Shown piece by piece: positions 42,939 to 52,289 of a DNA stretch of 64,000 bases (positions within the stretch are counted from its first letter, which is position 1; every line of letters begins with the position of its first letter). A model generated the notes under the pieces. It was not told the origin of the DNA and did not search any database. It saw only the letters and a program-made list of their open reading frames with translations. The stretch comes from a virus. Its lineage: Duplodnaviria > Caudoviricetes. The stretch is from positions 1-64,000 of the IMG/VR virus record IMGVR_UViG_3300030330_005091; one strand, written 5' to 3'. The position numbers and the translations under genes were made by a program.

Positions 42939-43173
42939 TTAGTAACTCCAGTTCTTCAATGCCAAAGCGCATTGTGTCTGAGTGCTTGTTTCTGTAGACA
43001 GTGTAATTTGTGTAAGGTCCCTCGGAAAACCCAAGTTCATATGTGTTAATACCAACTACAACACCATAACCCGCATCTTTTGTTATATAACCGTCAGCAT
43101 ATGACTCATACCATTTTACTAGTTCGCCAATCTCTAAATTTTTGTTTTTAGTATTTACAGTTCTTGCTGCCAT
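42928..43173 (-). CDS. Small SH3/KOW-like hypothetical protein
   Basis: LEIGELVKW...GYGVVVGI...YTVY...ELELL. Confidence 0.6.
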   Translation of the reverse strand: MAARTVNTKNKNLEIGELVKWYESYADGYITKDAGYGVVVGINTYELGFSEGPYTNYTVYRNKHSDTMRFGIEELELLIDE

Positions 43174-44126
43174 CTTTCTATCATTTCGTCCAACATTGAG
43201 CTAAATGTGTATTCTGGTTTCCAATTTAGTATTTCTCTTGCCTTTGATGAATCACCTTTTAGATATTTTAATTCTTCTGGGCGCATATATTTAGGATTTT
43301 GCACAACATAATCTCGATAGTCCATATCCAGTTTGCTAAACACAGCTTCGCACAAATCACGAACTGAGTGGGTTTCTCCAGTTGCAACAATGAATTCATC
43401 TGGCTCATGGTGGTTTGCTATCATATGCATAGCACGGACATAATCTTTAGAGTGACCCCAATCTCGATATGAATCCATATTTCCTAATTCTAACTTGTCT
43501 TGCAAACCTTTCTTAATTGATACTGCTCCTTTTACAACTTTATTTGTAACAAAGTTTGAGCCGCGGCGTGGTGACTCATGGTTAAATAAGATTCCATTAC
43601 AAGCATGAAGACCGTAAGCATGCCGATAGTGTCGAACAAGATTATATCCCATAACTTTAGCGCACCCATAAGGACTAACAGGGTTCATAGGCGTTGTTAG
43701 CCTTTGAACTCCGTCAGCGTCTACAGAATTACCAAACATTTCAGAAGATGAAGCCTGGTAGAATGCTGCATGTGGAACTATTGTTCGATATACTTCAAGC
43801 ATGTGCAAAACACCAAGTGCGTTAGTTTGAATGGTAAATGATGGCATATCAAAGCTAACTCTTACATGACTCATTGCTCCAAGGTTGTATATCTCATCTG
43901 GCATAACCTTGCTAACTACTCTAACAAGAGAAGGGTAATCAAGCAGATCACCATAATATGTTTGAACATTTTTGTTTAGTCCAATTTTATTCAATCTATG
44001 ATTTTGGTTTTCAGCAACAGAATGCCTTCTAACAATACCATGAACTTCATAGCCTTTGGACAATAAGTATTCTGTTAAATAGCTACCATCTTGGCCAGCA
44101 ATACCTGTAATTAAGGCTTTTTTCAT
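43155..44126 (-). CDS. gmd: GDP-mannose 4,6-dehydratase
   Basis: KALITGIAGQDGSYL, PDEIYNLGAMSHV, YQASSSEMFG, SPYGCAK, GILFNHESPRRG, RDWGH. Confidence 0.96.
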   Translation of the reverse strand: MKKALITGIAGQDGSYLTEYLLSKGYEVHGIVRRHSVAENQNHRLNKIGLNKNVQTYYGDLLDYPSLVRVVSKVMPDEIYNLGAMSHVRVSFDMPSFTIQTNALGVLHMLEVYRTIVPHAAFYQASSSEMFGNSVDADGVQRLTTPMNPVSPYGCAKVMGYNLVRHYRHAYGLHACNGILFNHESPRRGSNFVTNKVVKGAVSIKKGLQDKLELGNMDSYRDWGHSKDYVRAMHMIANHHEPDEFIVATGETHSVRDLCEAVFSKLDMDYRDYVVQNPKYMRPEELKYLKGDSSKAREILNWKPEYTFSSMLDEMIERWQQEL

Positions 44127-44128
44127 TA

Positions 44129-44752
44129 TTAAAAATCTCCATTTCTGTGTTTAAAAACATCCAATTGTGTTAGGTCAGGCCAGTCGGTAGTAATCCATTT
44201 TTTTGGCTCAGTGTTTATAGCTTCTGGTAATTTATCCAAACCTAGTTGCGCTGTTTCGGGTGTCATATAGTAATGATAGCCAATGGATGAAATATTTTGT
44301 TCTCTCCAAGGCACCATTGGTATTCTACCATCATATGACATTTTTTTCAAGTCTTTTGCTGCTTTTTTATTATCAGTCAATATCATACCCCCACGACCTA
44401 AACTAAGATGCTTACGATATTGAAAACTTAAACACATAAAAGTGTTTTCAATAAATGAATCTTTTCTCCATAGGACTGCCGCATCTGCAATATTTGTGTC
44501 TCCAAGAAAATAAAACTCTGACCATTCTTCGTCCCTCCAAAAGTGTTCAATATTTAATTTATTAGCTAGAAAAGGAACCGAAATATATGTTCTTTTTGGG
44601 GTCGAAAATTGTTTAATATTTTGATACCTTAAACATAATTCTAAAGCGTGCGTGCAGCAATCTACAGCAACCGCATAAGGTGAACCAAAAAAAGAAGCAA
44701 CCTGTTCTTCAAAAATTCTAATAACATCAAAATCTATATTACTCATAATCAA
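44129..44752 (-). CDS. Short DegT/DnrJ/EryC1/StrS PLP-dependent sugar aminotransferase-like protein
   Basis: FEEQVA..FG..YAVAVDCCTHAL, DAA, LSFQYRKHL (PLP lysine), GGMILTD; only ~205 aa. Confidence 0.8.
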   Translation of the reverse strand: MIMSNIDFDVIRIFEEQVASFFGSPYAVAVDCCTHALELCLRYQNIKQFSTPKRTYISVPFLANKLNIEHFWRDEEWSEFYFLGDTNIADAAVLWRKDSFIENTFMCLSFQYRKHLSLGRGGMILTDNKKAAKDLKKMSYDGRIPMVPWREQNISSIGYHYYMTPETAQLGLDKLPEAINTEPKKWITTDWPDLTQLDVFKHRNGDF

Positions 44753-45177
44753 TCGCTTTCAGTAATGTATTCTTTATCTTGTTCTCTGCCAAAGTATGGG
44801 CCTGTTTTAAATTCATACATAATTGTTCCTTCATCTAAATTTTTTAGCGAGTGGCCACCTTTATATAATACTATACAATCTCCATCTCCCAAGACGATAG
44901 TGTCTAATAATTTATGATCTAAGTCGTAAAACTTTCCTTCTACCCTGCCATTTAGGATTACCCATGCCTCTTCTGTTATAGTGGCCAATTTTTCACACGG
45001 AAGATGATAGTGTGGCGGGAAATATTCATCTATTTTTAGTTTTTTAGCTCCCGCTTGAAGATATTGTTCGTCGGGCGTAATATTGTGCCGAGAGTGTGTT
45101 ATATCTTCTTTTCTTATAAGAGTCAATATCAATTTTGATGGCTCAACACGAGAGTATAAATTTAACACTTTACACAC
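44749..45177 (-). CDS. Cupin-fold protein (WbuC-like)
   Basis: PHYH...TEEAW...GGHS...EFKTGPY. Confidence 0.75.
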   Translation of the reverse strand: MCKVLNLYSRVEPSKLILTLIRKEDITHSRHNITPDEQYLQAGAKKLKIDEYFPPHYHLPCEKLATITEEAWVILNGRVEGKFYDLDHKLLDTIVLGDGDCIVLYKGGHSLKNLDEGTIMYEFKTGPYFGREQDKEYITESD

Positions 45178-45740
45178 TCTACATTAAGCATAATATGAAC
45201 TCCACTTTCATCCATGTGCGGAACATACGCTGCTGAATAATCATCATATCCAGGTGGATTAAATTCTTTCCAATCATACCTCTTGTAATCTTCAAAACCA
45301 AAACTTAAAAGAACATCTTTTAAAGTATCATAATCGTATGCAGTTTTTTTAAATGCTTTTCTTTCTATTCCTTGTTTATCTGTAAATGGCCATATTCCAA
45401 ACATTGGTCCAATTACGCCCGGGCTTCTTAAATTTTTGTTTGTTTTAAGATATACCTCAATTTGTTTCTCAAAATCTACTACTGATATTCTCAGTTTGCC
45501 GCCTTTTTTTAGAACTCGATTCCACTCTTCAAATAAAACTGTGCGTTCTTCGGAGTCATAATACCCAATAGCGCCGCATGTATAAATCTCATCAACTGAT
45601 CCATCATCAAACATACTCAAGTCGTTAATGTCTGAGCAATAATCAAGATGAGGAACTGAATTATCAATATCTATATGCAAAAAACCCGGTAAATATCGAT
45701 GTCCACATCCCAAGTGTAGTCTAATTTTTTCTTCAGTCAT
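45162..45740 (-). CDS. Class I SAM-dependent methyltransferase
   Basis: LHLGCG...HIDI...DGSVDEIY...RVLKKGG. Confidence 0.85.
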   Translation of the reverse strand: MTEEKIRLHLGCGHRYLPGFLHIDIDNSVPHLDYCSDINDLSMFDDGSVDEIYTCGAIGYYDSEERTVLFEEWNRVLKKGGKLRISVVDFEKQIEVYLKTNKNLRSPGVIGPMFGIWPFTDKQGIERKAFKKTAYDYDTLKDVLLSFGFEDYKRYDWKEFNPPGYDDYSAAYVPHMDESGVHIMLNVECVKC

Positions 45741-45743
45741 TTT

Positions 45744-46151
45744 TTACCCTTTTATGATGTTCTCGCCAATTCTAAAAGTATCAGACTCGTAATCTTGACC
45801 ACCACGAACACCGGTAGTGAAAACTACAAATTCGTTATCTTCTACAATATTCAATGCATGTATTTCGTTAGGTGGAGTTTCAACAAAATCACCCTCACAC
45901 AATAAAACACACTCAGCTTCTTTATTTGAATCAAGCGGTTTATGCCAGTATTCTAAAGATCCTTTAGTGATCAACATGTATTGAGTTGTTTGTTTGTGGT
46001 AATGATTACCTCTAACAGCGCCCTTGTTTGATCGAACAACAGCAACATGATTTACATCAGACTTGTAAAATATATCTGTTATATCTCCGCGATCATCAGA
46101 ATGCAATTCCAACGGAGGCTCTGTGGTAGTCCAAATGTTCTTGTGTTTCAT
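45744..46151 (-). CDS. Cupin sugar isomerase/epimerase (RmlC/FdtA-like)
   Basis: DDRG...GAVRGNHYHK...PPNEIHA. Confidence 0.8.
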   Translation of the reverse strand: MKHKNIWTTTEPPLELHSDDRGDITDIFYKSDVNHVAVVRSNKGAVRGNHYHKQTTQYMLITKGSLEYWHKPLDSNKEAECVLLCEGDFVETPPNEIHALNIVEDNEFVVFTTGVRGGQDYESDTFRIGENIIKG

Positions 46152-47368
46152 TGATAGTCCTTATAGAAGTTTATAAATTTTATGTTTTTATTAATGTGGT
46201 ATAATTTTTGTTTTATTTTATCTGATAAATTCCATGATAATATTATAGCATAAACATCATCATATTTTGACAATATTTCATCTGATGTTATTGGAATATT
46301 AGTTAGCGGAGTCGACTTTCCTTGTTTTAAGGGAGAACTATCAGTCACATAATCTACAAGTGTAGAGTTTAAGTTCATATAGTTTAAAAAAGTGTTGCCT
46401 TTGGCGGCGGCACCAATGGCTACAATAGGTATATTTTTTAAAACTTTAGCCTCAAATAAGTCTTTCAAAAATAAATGTTTTTTTCTTTGTAAATCAGTTA
46501 TTAAATTATCATATGTAATTTCATCAAACAGATAAGACTCATTCTTCATTAGGTCATATAATTTTTCACAGTGTTCAATATTGTCTGATTTTTGTGCATA
46601 TACCCTAAGCGATCCACCATGATAATCCACCACTTCTATATCAACAACACTAAAGTCAATCTTTTCCATCATTTTTTTAACAGATGTTGCTGTAAAATAG
46701 CTAACATGTTCATGATAAACTTGGTCTATTTTTTGGGAATCAATAGTGCTTTTCCAATATGGAACTTCAAAAACAAAATGACCATTACTTTTCAATAGAT
46801 TTTTTACTCCCTTTGAAAAAGATATTGGTTCATCTGCATGGTTAAATACGTTATTAGCGACCACAACATCAAATTTAGGATGACTTTTTAATATCTCATC
46901 AGAAATATTTAAGCTAAATATTTTTTGGATTGCTGGGATTCCATTTGAGTTACTTATTTCAACTAGCTTTTTTGACGCATCAATTCCTAAAACAATCGCG
47001 CCGTGTTGTTTAAAAAAATCAAGTAGAAATCCATCATTTGAACCAATTTCACAAATTCTATCTTTTTCTTTTACAGACAGTTTGCTAATAACATCTTGTG
47101 AATAATTTTGCCAATGACTTCTTGACACAGATGAATTAGATGATGTGTATGAATAGTCATATAGATTATATCTATCTTCTGGATTGGTAACAGATTCTGT
47201 CTGCACCTGACCACAATCTTGACACAGCACGCAAGATAATTTATAAACTGGGAGTAAGTTACAGTTATCTTTCTCAGCTATAAATGTGTCAGCATATGGG
47301 TGATTGCCCAGATCTAGAATTTTTGTTAGATGCTGCCCACCGCAAATTAAACAATGATTTCTTTTCAC
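46148..47368 (-). CDS. NDP-hexose C-methyltransferase (Zn-binding N-terminus)
   Basis: CLICG...LDLGNHP...CQDCG, EIGSNDG, YHEHVSYF, HGGSLR, GAAAKGNTFLN. Confidence 0.9.
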   Translation of the reverse strand: MKRNHCLICGGQHLTKILDLGNHPYADTFIAEKDNCNLLPVYKLSCVLCQDCGQVQTESVTNPEDRYNLYDYSYTSSNSSVSRSHWQNYSQDVISKLSVKEKDRICEIGSNDGFLLDFFKQHGAIVLGIDASKKLVEISNSNGIPAIQKIFSLNISDEILKSHPKFDVVVANNVFNHADEPISFSKGVKNLLKSNGHFVFEVPYWKSTIDSQKIDQVYHEHVSYFTATSVKKMMEKIDFSVVDIEVVDYHGGSLRVYAQKSDNIEHCEKLYDLMKNESYLFDEITYDNLITDLQRKKHLFLKDLFEAKVLKNIPIVAIGAAAKGNTFLNYMNLNSTLVDYVTDSSPLKQGKSTPLTNIPITSDEILSKYDDVYAIILSWNLSDKIKQKLYHINKNIKFINFYKDYQ

Positions 47369-48051
47369 TTTAATGCTTCCTCTAGTGACATTCTTTTAAA
47401 ACAACGTAAAGTTGTTATTGGACTACAATTTATTATTTCAATGCCAGCATGTGCGGCTCTGTAAGCAAACGTGTTCCATGTTGGTAGGTGAAATTTGATA
47501 CCGTCAGGAACATTATATTTGTCTCCTTGTTGTTGATAATCATCAAACCAATAATTTGGATTTGTGTCAGGTGTCTTTTCCATTTTTAAAGCAGAGCCAT
47601 CGCGTGCGCAACCATCTACGAATTCAACATAGTTGCAGTCAACACCCAGAAGAATAATTTTTTTATAACCTAAACAAGATGCTACAGAACAAGAGTTGGC
47701 TCCTGAATTTCCGTTATCGTGAAAGTTATTAAAATCAGCTTCAGAACCGTTCCACCTATTAGTGGTTCCGTATGTTTGCAAATTTACAAATTGGAATCCT
47801 GGATCATCAGCAATATCCAGAATGTAGAAGCATTTTTCTATCGGTGAATTTTTTATTAAGTTTATATAATTTTCTTTGTGCGATTCAGTTACAATATAGT
47901 CGAAGCAGCCATGATACTTTGGCCACCAATCTAAACGTTCATATGCTCGATACGCTGCATTTAATCCAAAAGTATCAACACCATCTAACATTGCAAAATC
48001 AACATCTTTAAGAGATGGCCCATTTCCCATTATAACTATAGTATCATTCAT
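47365..48051 (-). CDS. GT42 (CstII sialyltransferase)/Maf (DUF115)-like transferase
   Basis: IVIMGNGPSLKDVD...FGLN...NSG...LGYKKIILLGVD; probable start MNDTIV at 48051 with GGAG RBS. Confidence 0.7.
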   Translation of the reverse strand: MNDTIVIMGNGPSLKDVDFAMLDGVDTFGLNAAYRAYERLDWWPKYHGCFDYIVTESHKENYINLIKNSPIEKCFYILDIADDPGFQFVNLQTYGTTNRWNGSEADFNNFHDNGNSGANSCSVASCLGYKKIILLGVDCNYVEFVDGCARDGSALKMEKTPDTNPNYWFDDYQQQGDKYNVPDGIKFHLPTWNTFAYRAAHAGIEIINCSPITTLRCFKRMSLEEALK

Positions 48052-48913
48052 AATAACTCCAGAATGCTTCGAGTCTAGAATCCATGTATTCGTAGCAAGA
48101 CTCTTGTGTTTTAAACCATGGTTCATCTTTATGTTGAACATATTCATTTAGTATAAGATCACATCCAAGTAGTTTTGCTTCTATAACAATTCTAGGACAC
48201 GTATCATAATCCAGAGGTCTGAATATAAGACCTTTAGAAGTGGACATTTTTATTAACAATTCATGATATGGTAAATTTTCTACAATTTCATATTTTAAAT
48301 TATTGTTTTTAGCATATTGTATGCACTCGCTAGTTCCTTTAATCCAAGATTTGGAACCTAAAATTAGATACGTATCTGATTTCTCATTATCTTTGATGGA
48401 TTGTATAAAATTTAAATCCCCTTTCGAAAACGCAGAGCTTAAAACAAATGTTTTTTCTTTTTTTAATGTTTTTAGTTTTTGTAAAAATATATTTCTTTGA
48501 CCTTCACTCATGAATAATACGTGCTTTGCGTATCCATAAAAAGCCTGATTTATTTTACCAGCGTAAGTTTCTAGACAGTCACAAGGCTTATTTTCAATAA
48601 TTTGGTGTTTATTCAAAGATCTATATTTACATATTTTATAATCATATTCTACTATCGAATAGTCAGAATTTTTGCACATGTAAACTTTTACATTGTCATC
48701 AAGAGCAGAAAAATTACATATTACATAATGCGCGTCATTGTGTTCATCAATTATTTCTTTTGTTAATTTTGAACAATTAATTTTTGCTGCTTGGTGGGTA
48801 ATCGGCATAGATCTAATAAATGCCTCTGTAGTAAGTTCCGCACCACCGCGATAGTCTTCAATAAATAAATCAGACACAAATATAATTTTTTTACTAGACT
48901 GGTCTGGTTTCAT
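48044..48913 (-). CDS. GT-B fold glycosyltransferase-like protein
   Basis: GGAELT N-terminus; DTCPRIVIEAKLLGC. Confidence 0.75.
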   Translation of the reverse strand: MKPDQSSKKIIFVSDLFIEDYRGGAELTTEAFIRSMPITHQAAKINCSKLTKEIIDEHNDAHYVICNFSALDDNVKVYMCKNSDYSIVEYDYKICKYRSLNKHQIIENKPCDCLETYAGKINQAFYGYAKHVLFMSEGQRNIFLQKLKTLKKEKTFVLSSAFSKGDLNFIQSIKDNEKSDTYLILGSKSWIKGTSECIQYAKNNNLKYEIVENLPYHELLIKMSTSKGLIFRPLDYDTCPRIVIEAKLLGCDLILNEYVQHKDEPWFKTQESCYEYMDSRLEAFWSYYE

Positions 48914-50172
48914 AATAAGTCAGCCAACAAGTTTTCTATATCTTCTTGCATTTGATTAAGTTCTTTTTCTGATACAATGCAATCAACAAATTTGGCATGC
49001 ATATTTTCGGTTGAAAACTTTTTCTTTAGTATTTCAGCATATTCAGGGGCTGCAGCTGAGATACTATCCGATGTATTATTGGTTATATCATTGTAACATA
49101 GTCTCATTTTTTCTTTTGCAGACTGTTCCCTAGCGTGTGCCCAAAGGGCTCCTTTTTCAATAACGCCTTCCCAGATACTTTCATCGCCAACATTATGTAA
49201 ATCAAATGCTACTTCGTAACACATTGTTTTATTTTCATGAACTAGAAAATCAGCTTGACCTGACCAAACCACTGAGACTACAGGCAAAGAACTGTAGGCA
49301 GCTTCAAATATTGGTAAGCCAAATCCTTCGCCATGAGCCAAACTTAAAAATGCTGAAACATTTTTGTTGACATACAAAGAGTGCATCTCTTCGTCAGTCA
49401 TATCGCCATGAAGAAGGTATACCTTGCATTTATGTTCAGGCAAATGATTTAAAAATTCTTTCAAATCATGAAACATTTTTTCTCTGTCCATTAGACAATT
49501 TTTTGATAAATTGCTTTTTAATATAAGACCCACATTTTCATCGTCAGCAAACTCTTCTACAAACCATTTTATTGTATTTGGTATATTTTTTCTTGGTCCG
49601 TTTTGTGCAACAACTAAAAAGTTGAAGTCAGTGGTAGTGTTAATTTCTAATTCTGGTAAATTATTATAACTCTTTACTGGATATCCTACTGCTTCGATAG
49701 GGTTGTTAAGTTTATAATCATCAACTATTTCGCCAGTGACTCCATTTTGAGCAGTCACTTGAGTGTTTTCAAAAACTTGCTTTGAGTGTTCAGACACAAC
49801 AATAAGTTTATCAACTGCCTCATTGCCTTTTTGTATCCATACTGGTGCTACTCTATCTGTTTCTATACCTGCTGTATAACCTATATTAGTAGTGGCTATG
49901 CGCTCAAATTCATTTGGTATTGTTACTTGAAGACTAATATCATACTTGCCGCCGCCTTGAACATATGCAATAGTTTTTTCAATTGTGTCATCAATCCACT
50001 TTCTTTCTTCATCTATTAGTGAAATCCAAGATGTTCGACCCCAGTCTAGCGGCATGATATGTATATCAAATAAATCTTCTCTACTTCGAAGCGAACGTAA
50101 AGCAAAACGAGCTTGCTCGCCGTAACCAGAGCGAGTTAAAATAGGACCTTTTAACAATATTTTCTTTTTCAT
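48910..50172 (-). CDS. Glycosyltransferase family 4
   Basis: SGYG, RKN, GEGFGLPIFEAAYSSLPV; probable start 50172 (TAATG coupling). Confidence 0.9.
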   Translation of the reverse strand: MKKKILLKGPILTRSGYGEQARFALRSLRSREDLFDIHIMPLDWGRTSWISLIDEERKWIDDTIEKTIAYVQGGGKYDISLQVTIPNEFERIATTNIGYTAGIETDRVAPVWIQKGNEAVDKLIVVSEHSKQVFENTQVTAQNGVTGEIVDDYKLNNPIEAVGYPVKSYNNLPELEINTTTDFNFLVVAQNGPRKNIPNTIKWFVEEFADDENVGLILKSNLSKNCLMDREKMFHDLKEFLNHLPEHKCKVYLLHGDMTDEEMHSLYVNKNVSAFLSLAHGEGFGLPIFEAAYSSLPVVSVVWSGQADFLVHENKTMCYEVAFDLHNVGDESIWEGVIEKGALWAHAREQSAKEKMRLCYNDITNNTSDSISAAAPEYAEILKKKFSTENMHAKFVDCIVSEKELNQMQEDIENLLADLL

Positions 50173-51458
50173 TATGCTACCTCCATAAGATGCCATCGTT
50201 TATAGCCTTTTCTGTTATCCCAGGAGCCGTGTTCTTCCACAACACGATCCATGGTTTCAACCCAGCTGCTTTCATATGCTTCAAAATTATAATTTTCTTT
50301 GACATGAGCGATTCCTTGAGTAGACATTTTTTTGTAATGTTTTGCAGATACATTAACAGCCTTTTTCAAAGTCTTGATAAATTCTTCTTTATTAATTCTA
50401 TCTTCATAGATATATGGAACTTGTAAAGAACCTATCACCGCCCGTGAAGATGGTTGAATTCCCCAGCCAAACCAATCTTTACCGTTTGTAACTTGCTCTT
50501 GCAACCCACCAGTCATATTTACAATAATTGGTGTGCCGCAAGATAAAGATTCGAGAGTGGCTAATCCAAATCCTTCTGCGTCTGAGATATTTATGGTAAA
50601 ATCGGCAGCATTATACAAGTTAGCCAACTCTCTTGGGTCCACTTTATCAGTCGATAATAAAATTTGCCCGTCAGTGATGCCTAATTCATTTATAATATGT
50701 GGTAAATCTTGACCATGCGGATCTCTAGCATCAGTGTGCATTAGCAACATAGCTTTGTCGTGGCCGACTTGGTCTAGAAATTCCTTAAACCACCAAATAA
50801 CAGTTCCGCTTTGTTTTCGTCTAGCATTTCTATTGTTCCAAAAGAAAATCTTTTTATTTGGGTTTTTAAGATTCTCCGTAGAGTCTATACAAATTTTGCG
50901 TCTTGCATCTTCTATTATCTGTTTTTGTTCTTTTGTTTTATATTTAAAAAACACATCAGAGTTTACAGCATGTGGCAAGTAACTTGAATTTACTTCTGGT
51001 GACACCTCTTGTAAAATTTGATGTGTTACCTTTGAAATACAAATTACCTCGTCTGTGGAACGATAAAACCTACCGTTAAATTTTGGTGCTGGAAAATTAT
51101 CCCAGACATGATAGTAAACCATTGGCATATTTTGTCTAATTTCATTTTCAATTTCCCATAACCACTCGTAAAAACGAGGGTCTGTCATAAACCATAACAC
51201 ATCTGGTTTTTCTTTCTGCATAACAGATCGTATAATTTCATGATTTCCATATCCATCAACAGGATATATCATCCAGTCTTCGCCATATGGTTGAACTGCT
51301 GTTGGATTATAATTCTGATGCTGAACGGCTCCACCCAAACATACAAATCGATAACGACCAGTTTTTAACAGAGCTTCAATCATATACTTTGTTTGTGTGC
51401 CAACACCTGATGGTGAAAGCGGATGGTCTGATAAGACCAAAATTTTCTTTTTACTCAT
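50172..51458 (-). CDS. Glycosyltransferase family 4
   Basis: SDHP..PSGVG, NRNARRKQ, EGFGLATLESLSCGTPII. Confidence 0.9.
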   Translation of the reverse strand: MSKKKILVLSDHPLSPSGVGTQTKYMIEALLKTGRYRFVCLGGAVQHQNYNPTAVQPYGEDWMIYPVDGYGNHEIIRSVMQKEKPDVLWFMTDPRFYEWLWEIENEIRQNMPMVYYHVWDNFPAPKFNGRFYRSTDEVICISKVTHQILQEVSPEVNSSYLPHAVNSDVFFKYKTKEQKQIIEDARRKICIDSTENLKNPNKKIFFWNNRNARRKQSGTVIWWFKEFLDQVGHDKAMLLMHTDARDPHGQDLPHIINELGITDGQILLSTDKVDPRELANLYNAADFTINISDAEGFGLATLESLSCGTPIIVNMTGGLQEQVTNGKDWFGWGIQPSSRAVIGSLQVPYIYEDRINKEEFIKTLKKAVNVSAKHYKKMSTQGIAHVKENYNFEAYESSWVETMDRVVEEHGSWDNRKGYKRWHLMEVA

Positions 51459-51465
51459 TTATTCC

Positions 51466-52236
51466 TCATGGACAGTGTTCTGTCTTATAAAATTTGCACC
51501 CATAGCCACCTGTGCAAGATAGCTTGTTTTTAATATACCTTTTATTTTTAATATTGTATAGTGCCGTATTTAGCAATTTTAAGGCATTTTCAGTTTTTCT
51601 TGGGCCACTGGTAACTCTAAAAAACTCTACATGATTTCTTTTTGCCGTTCTTTTAAGTAAGGCAAAATGTGTTTCTACATCTTTTGGATCAATATTCATT
51701 TTCTGACAAAAGAAATTTTTATAAAGTGTAAGTTGGTATGTAATCATCTTGTCGGAACGTTTTTTTGCATCCCAGCCCCATGAACATGTTTTCCAATCAA
51801 AAATATGAACCTTGCCATCGGGCGTAGCAACTACTGCATCAATATACCCCTTAAACTTATAATCATCATGACCGTCTATAGATTCCATCAAAGGCATTTC
51901 AACTGCCAAAACTTCAAATTTATCAAAATACTCGGACAATGCATTTTCAATCTCAGGAATTATTTTTTCACCTTGACCAATCATATCAGAAACTAGCTTC
52001 TGGTTAACCTCGTGGTCATCGTCTAAATTAGCAATATTCTTTTTTAGTTCTTCAACAAAAAAACTTTCAGTTATTTCCTCTTGTAGCAACTTTTTCTCAC
52101 AAACAGAGTGAATTGCTGATCCAAAAGCAGTATATTCATTACCTGTAAAGCCATCTATACCATCTACTCTCGTAAGTTTGTGATAGTGTGCACAAAACTT
52201 CCAGTCTTTAAGTTCAGAATATGAAATGTGCGGCAT
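51466..52236 (-). CDS. PD-(D/E)XK nuclease, RecB/AddB/Cas4-like, with a probable Fe-S staple
   Basis: ISYS...C, FGSAIH, E, GYIDAV, IFDWKT, QLTLY, C-terminal CTGGYGC...C. Confidence 0.85.
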   Translation of the reverse strand: MPHISYSELKDWKFCAHYHKLTRVDGIDGFTGNEYTAFGSAIHSVCEKKLLQEEITESFFVEELKKNIANLDDDHEVNQKLVSDMIGQGEKIIPEIENALSEYFDKFEVLAVEMPLMESIDGHDDYKFKGYIDAVVATPDGKVHIFDWKTCSWGWDAKKRSDKMITYQLTLYKNFFCQKMNIDPKDVETHFALLKRTAKRNHVEFFRVTSGPRKTENALKLLNTALYNIKNKRYIKNKLSCTGGYGCKFYKTEHCP

Positions 52237-52260
52237 GATAGCTCCTTGTTTTAATATACT

Positions 52261-52289
52261 ATTATAACCGCATTTTTAATAATTGTCAA
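52261..52289 (-). promoter_or_regulatory. Consensus sigma70-type promoter (TTGACA-17-TATAAT)
   Basis: Perfect -35 (52284-52289) and -10 (52261-52266) with a 17-nt spacer, upstream of the nuclease gene and glycan cluster. Confidence 0.85.

Noticed and set aside
34713-51458. Bacterial chromosomal O-antigen/capsule locus
   Set aside because: It is embedded co-directionally among phage baseplate and sigma genes and lacks wzx/wzy/ABC export genes; no integrase or att boundary is visible.
51466-52236. Cas4-like nuclease as evidence of a CRISPR-Cas system
   Set aside because: No repeat-spacer array or other cas genes seen; solo Cas4/RecB-like nucleases are common in phages.
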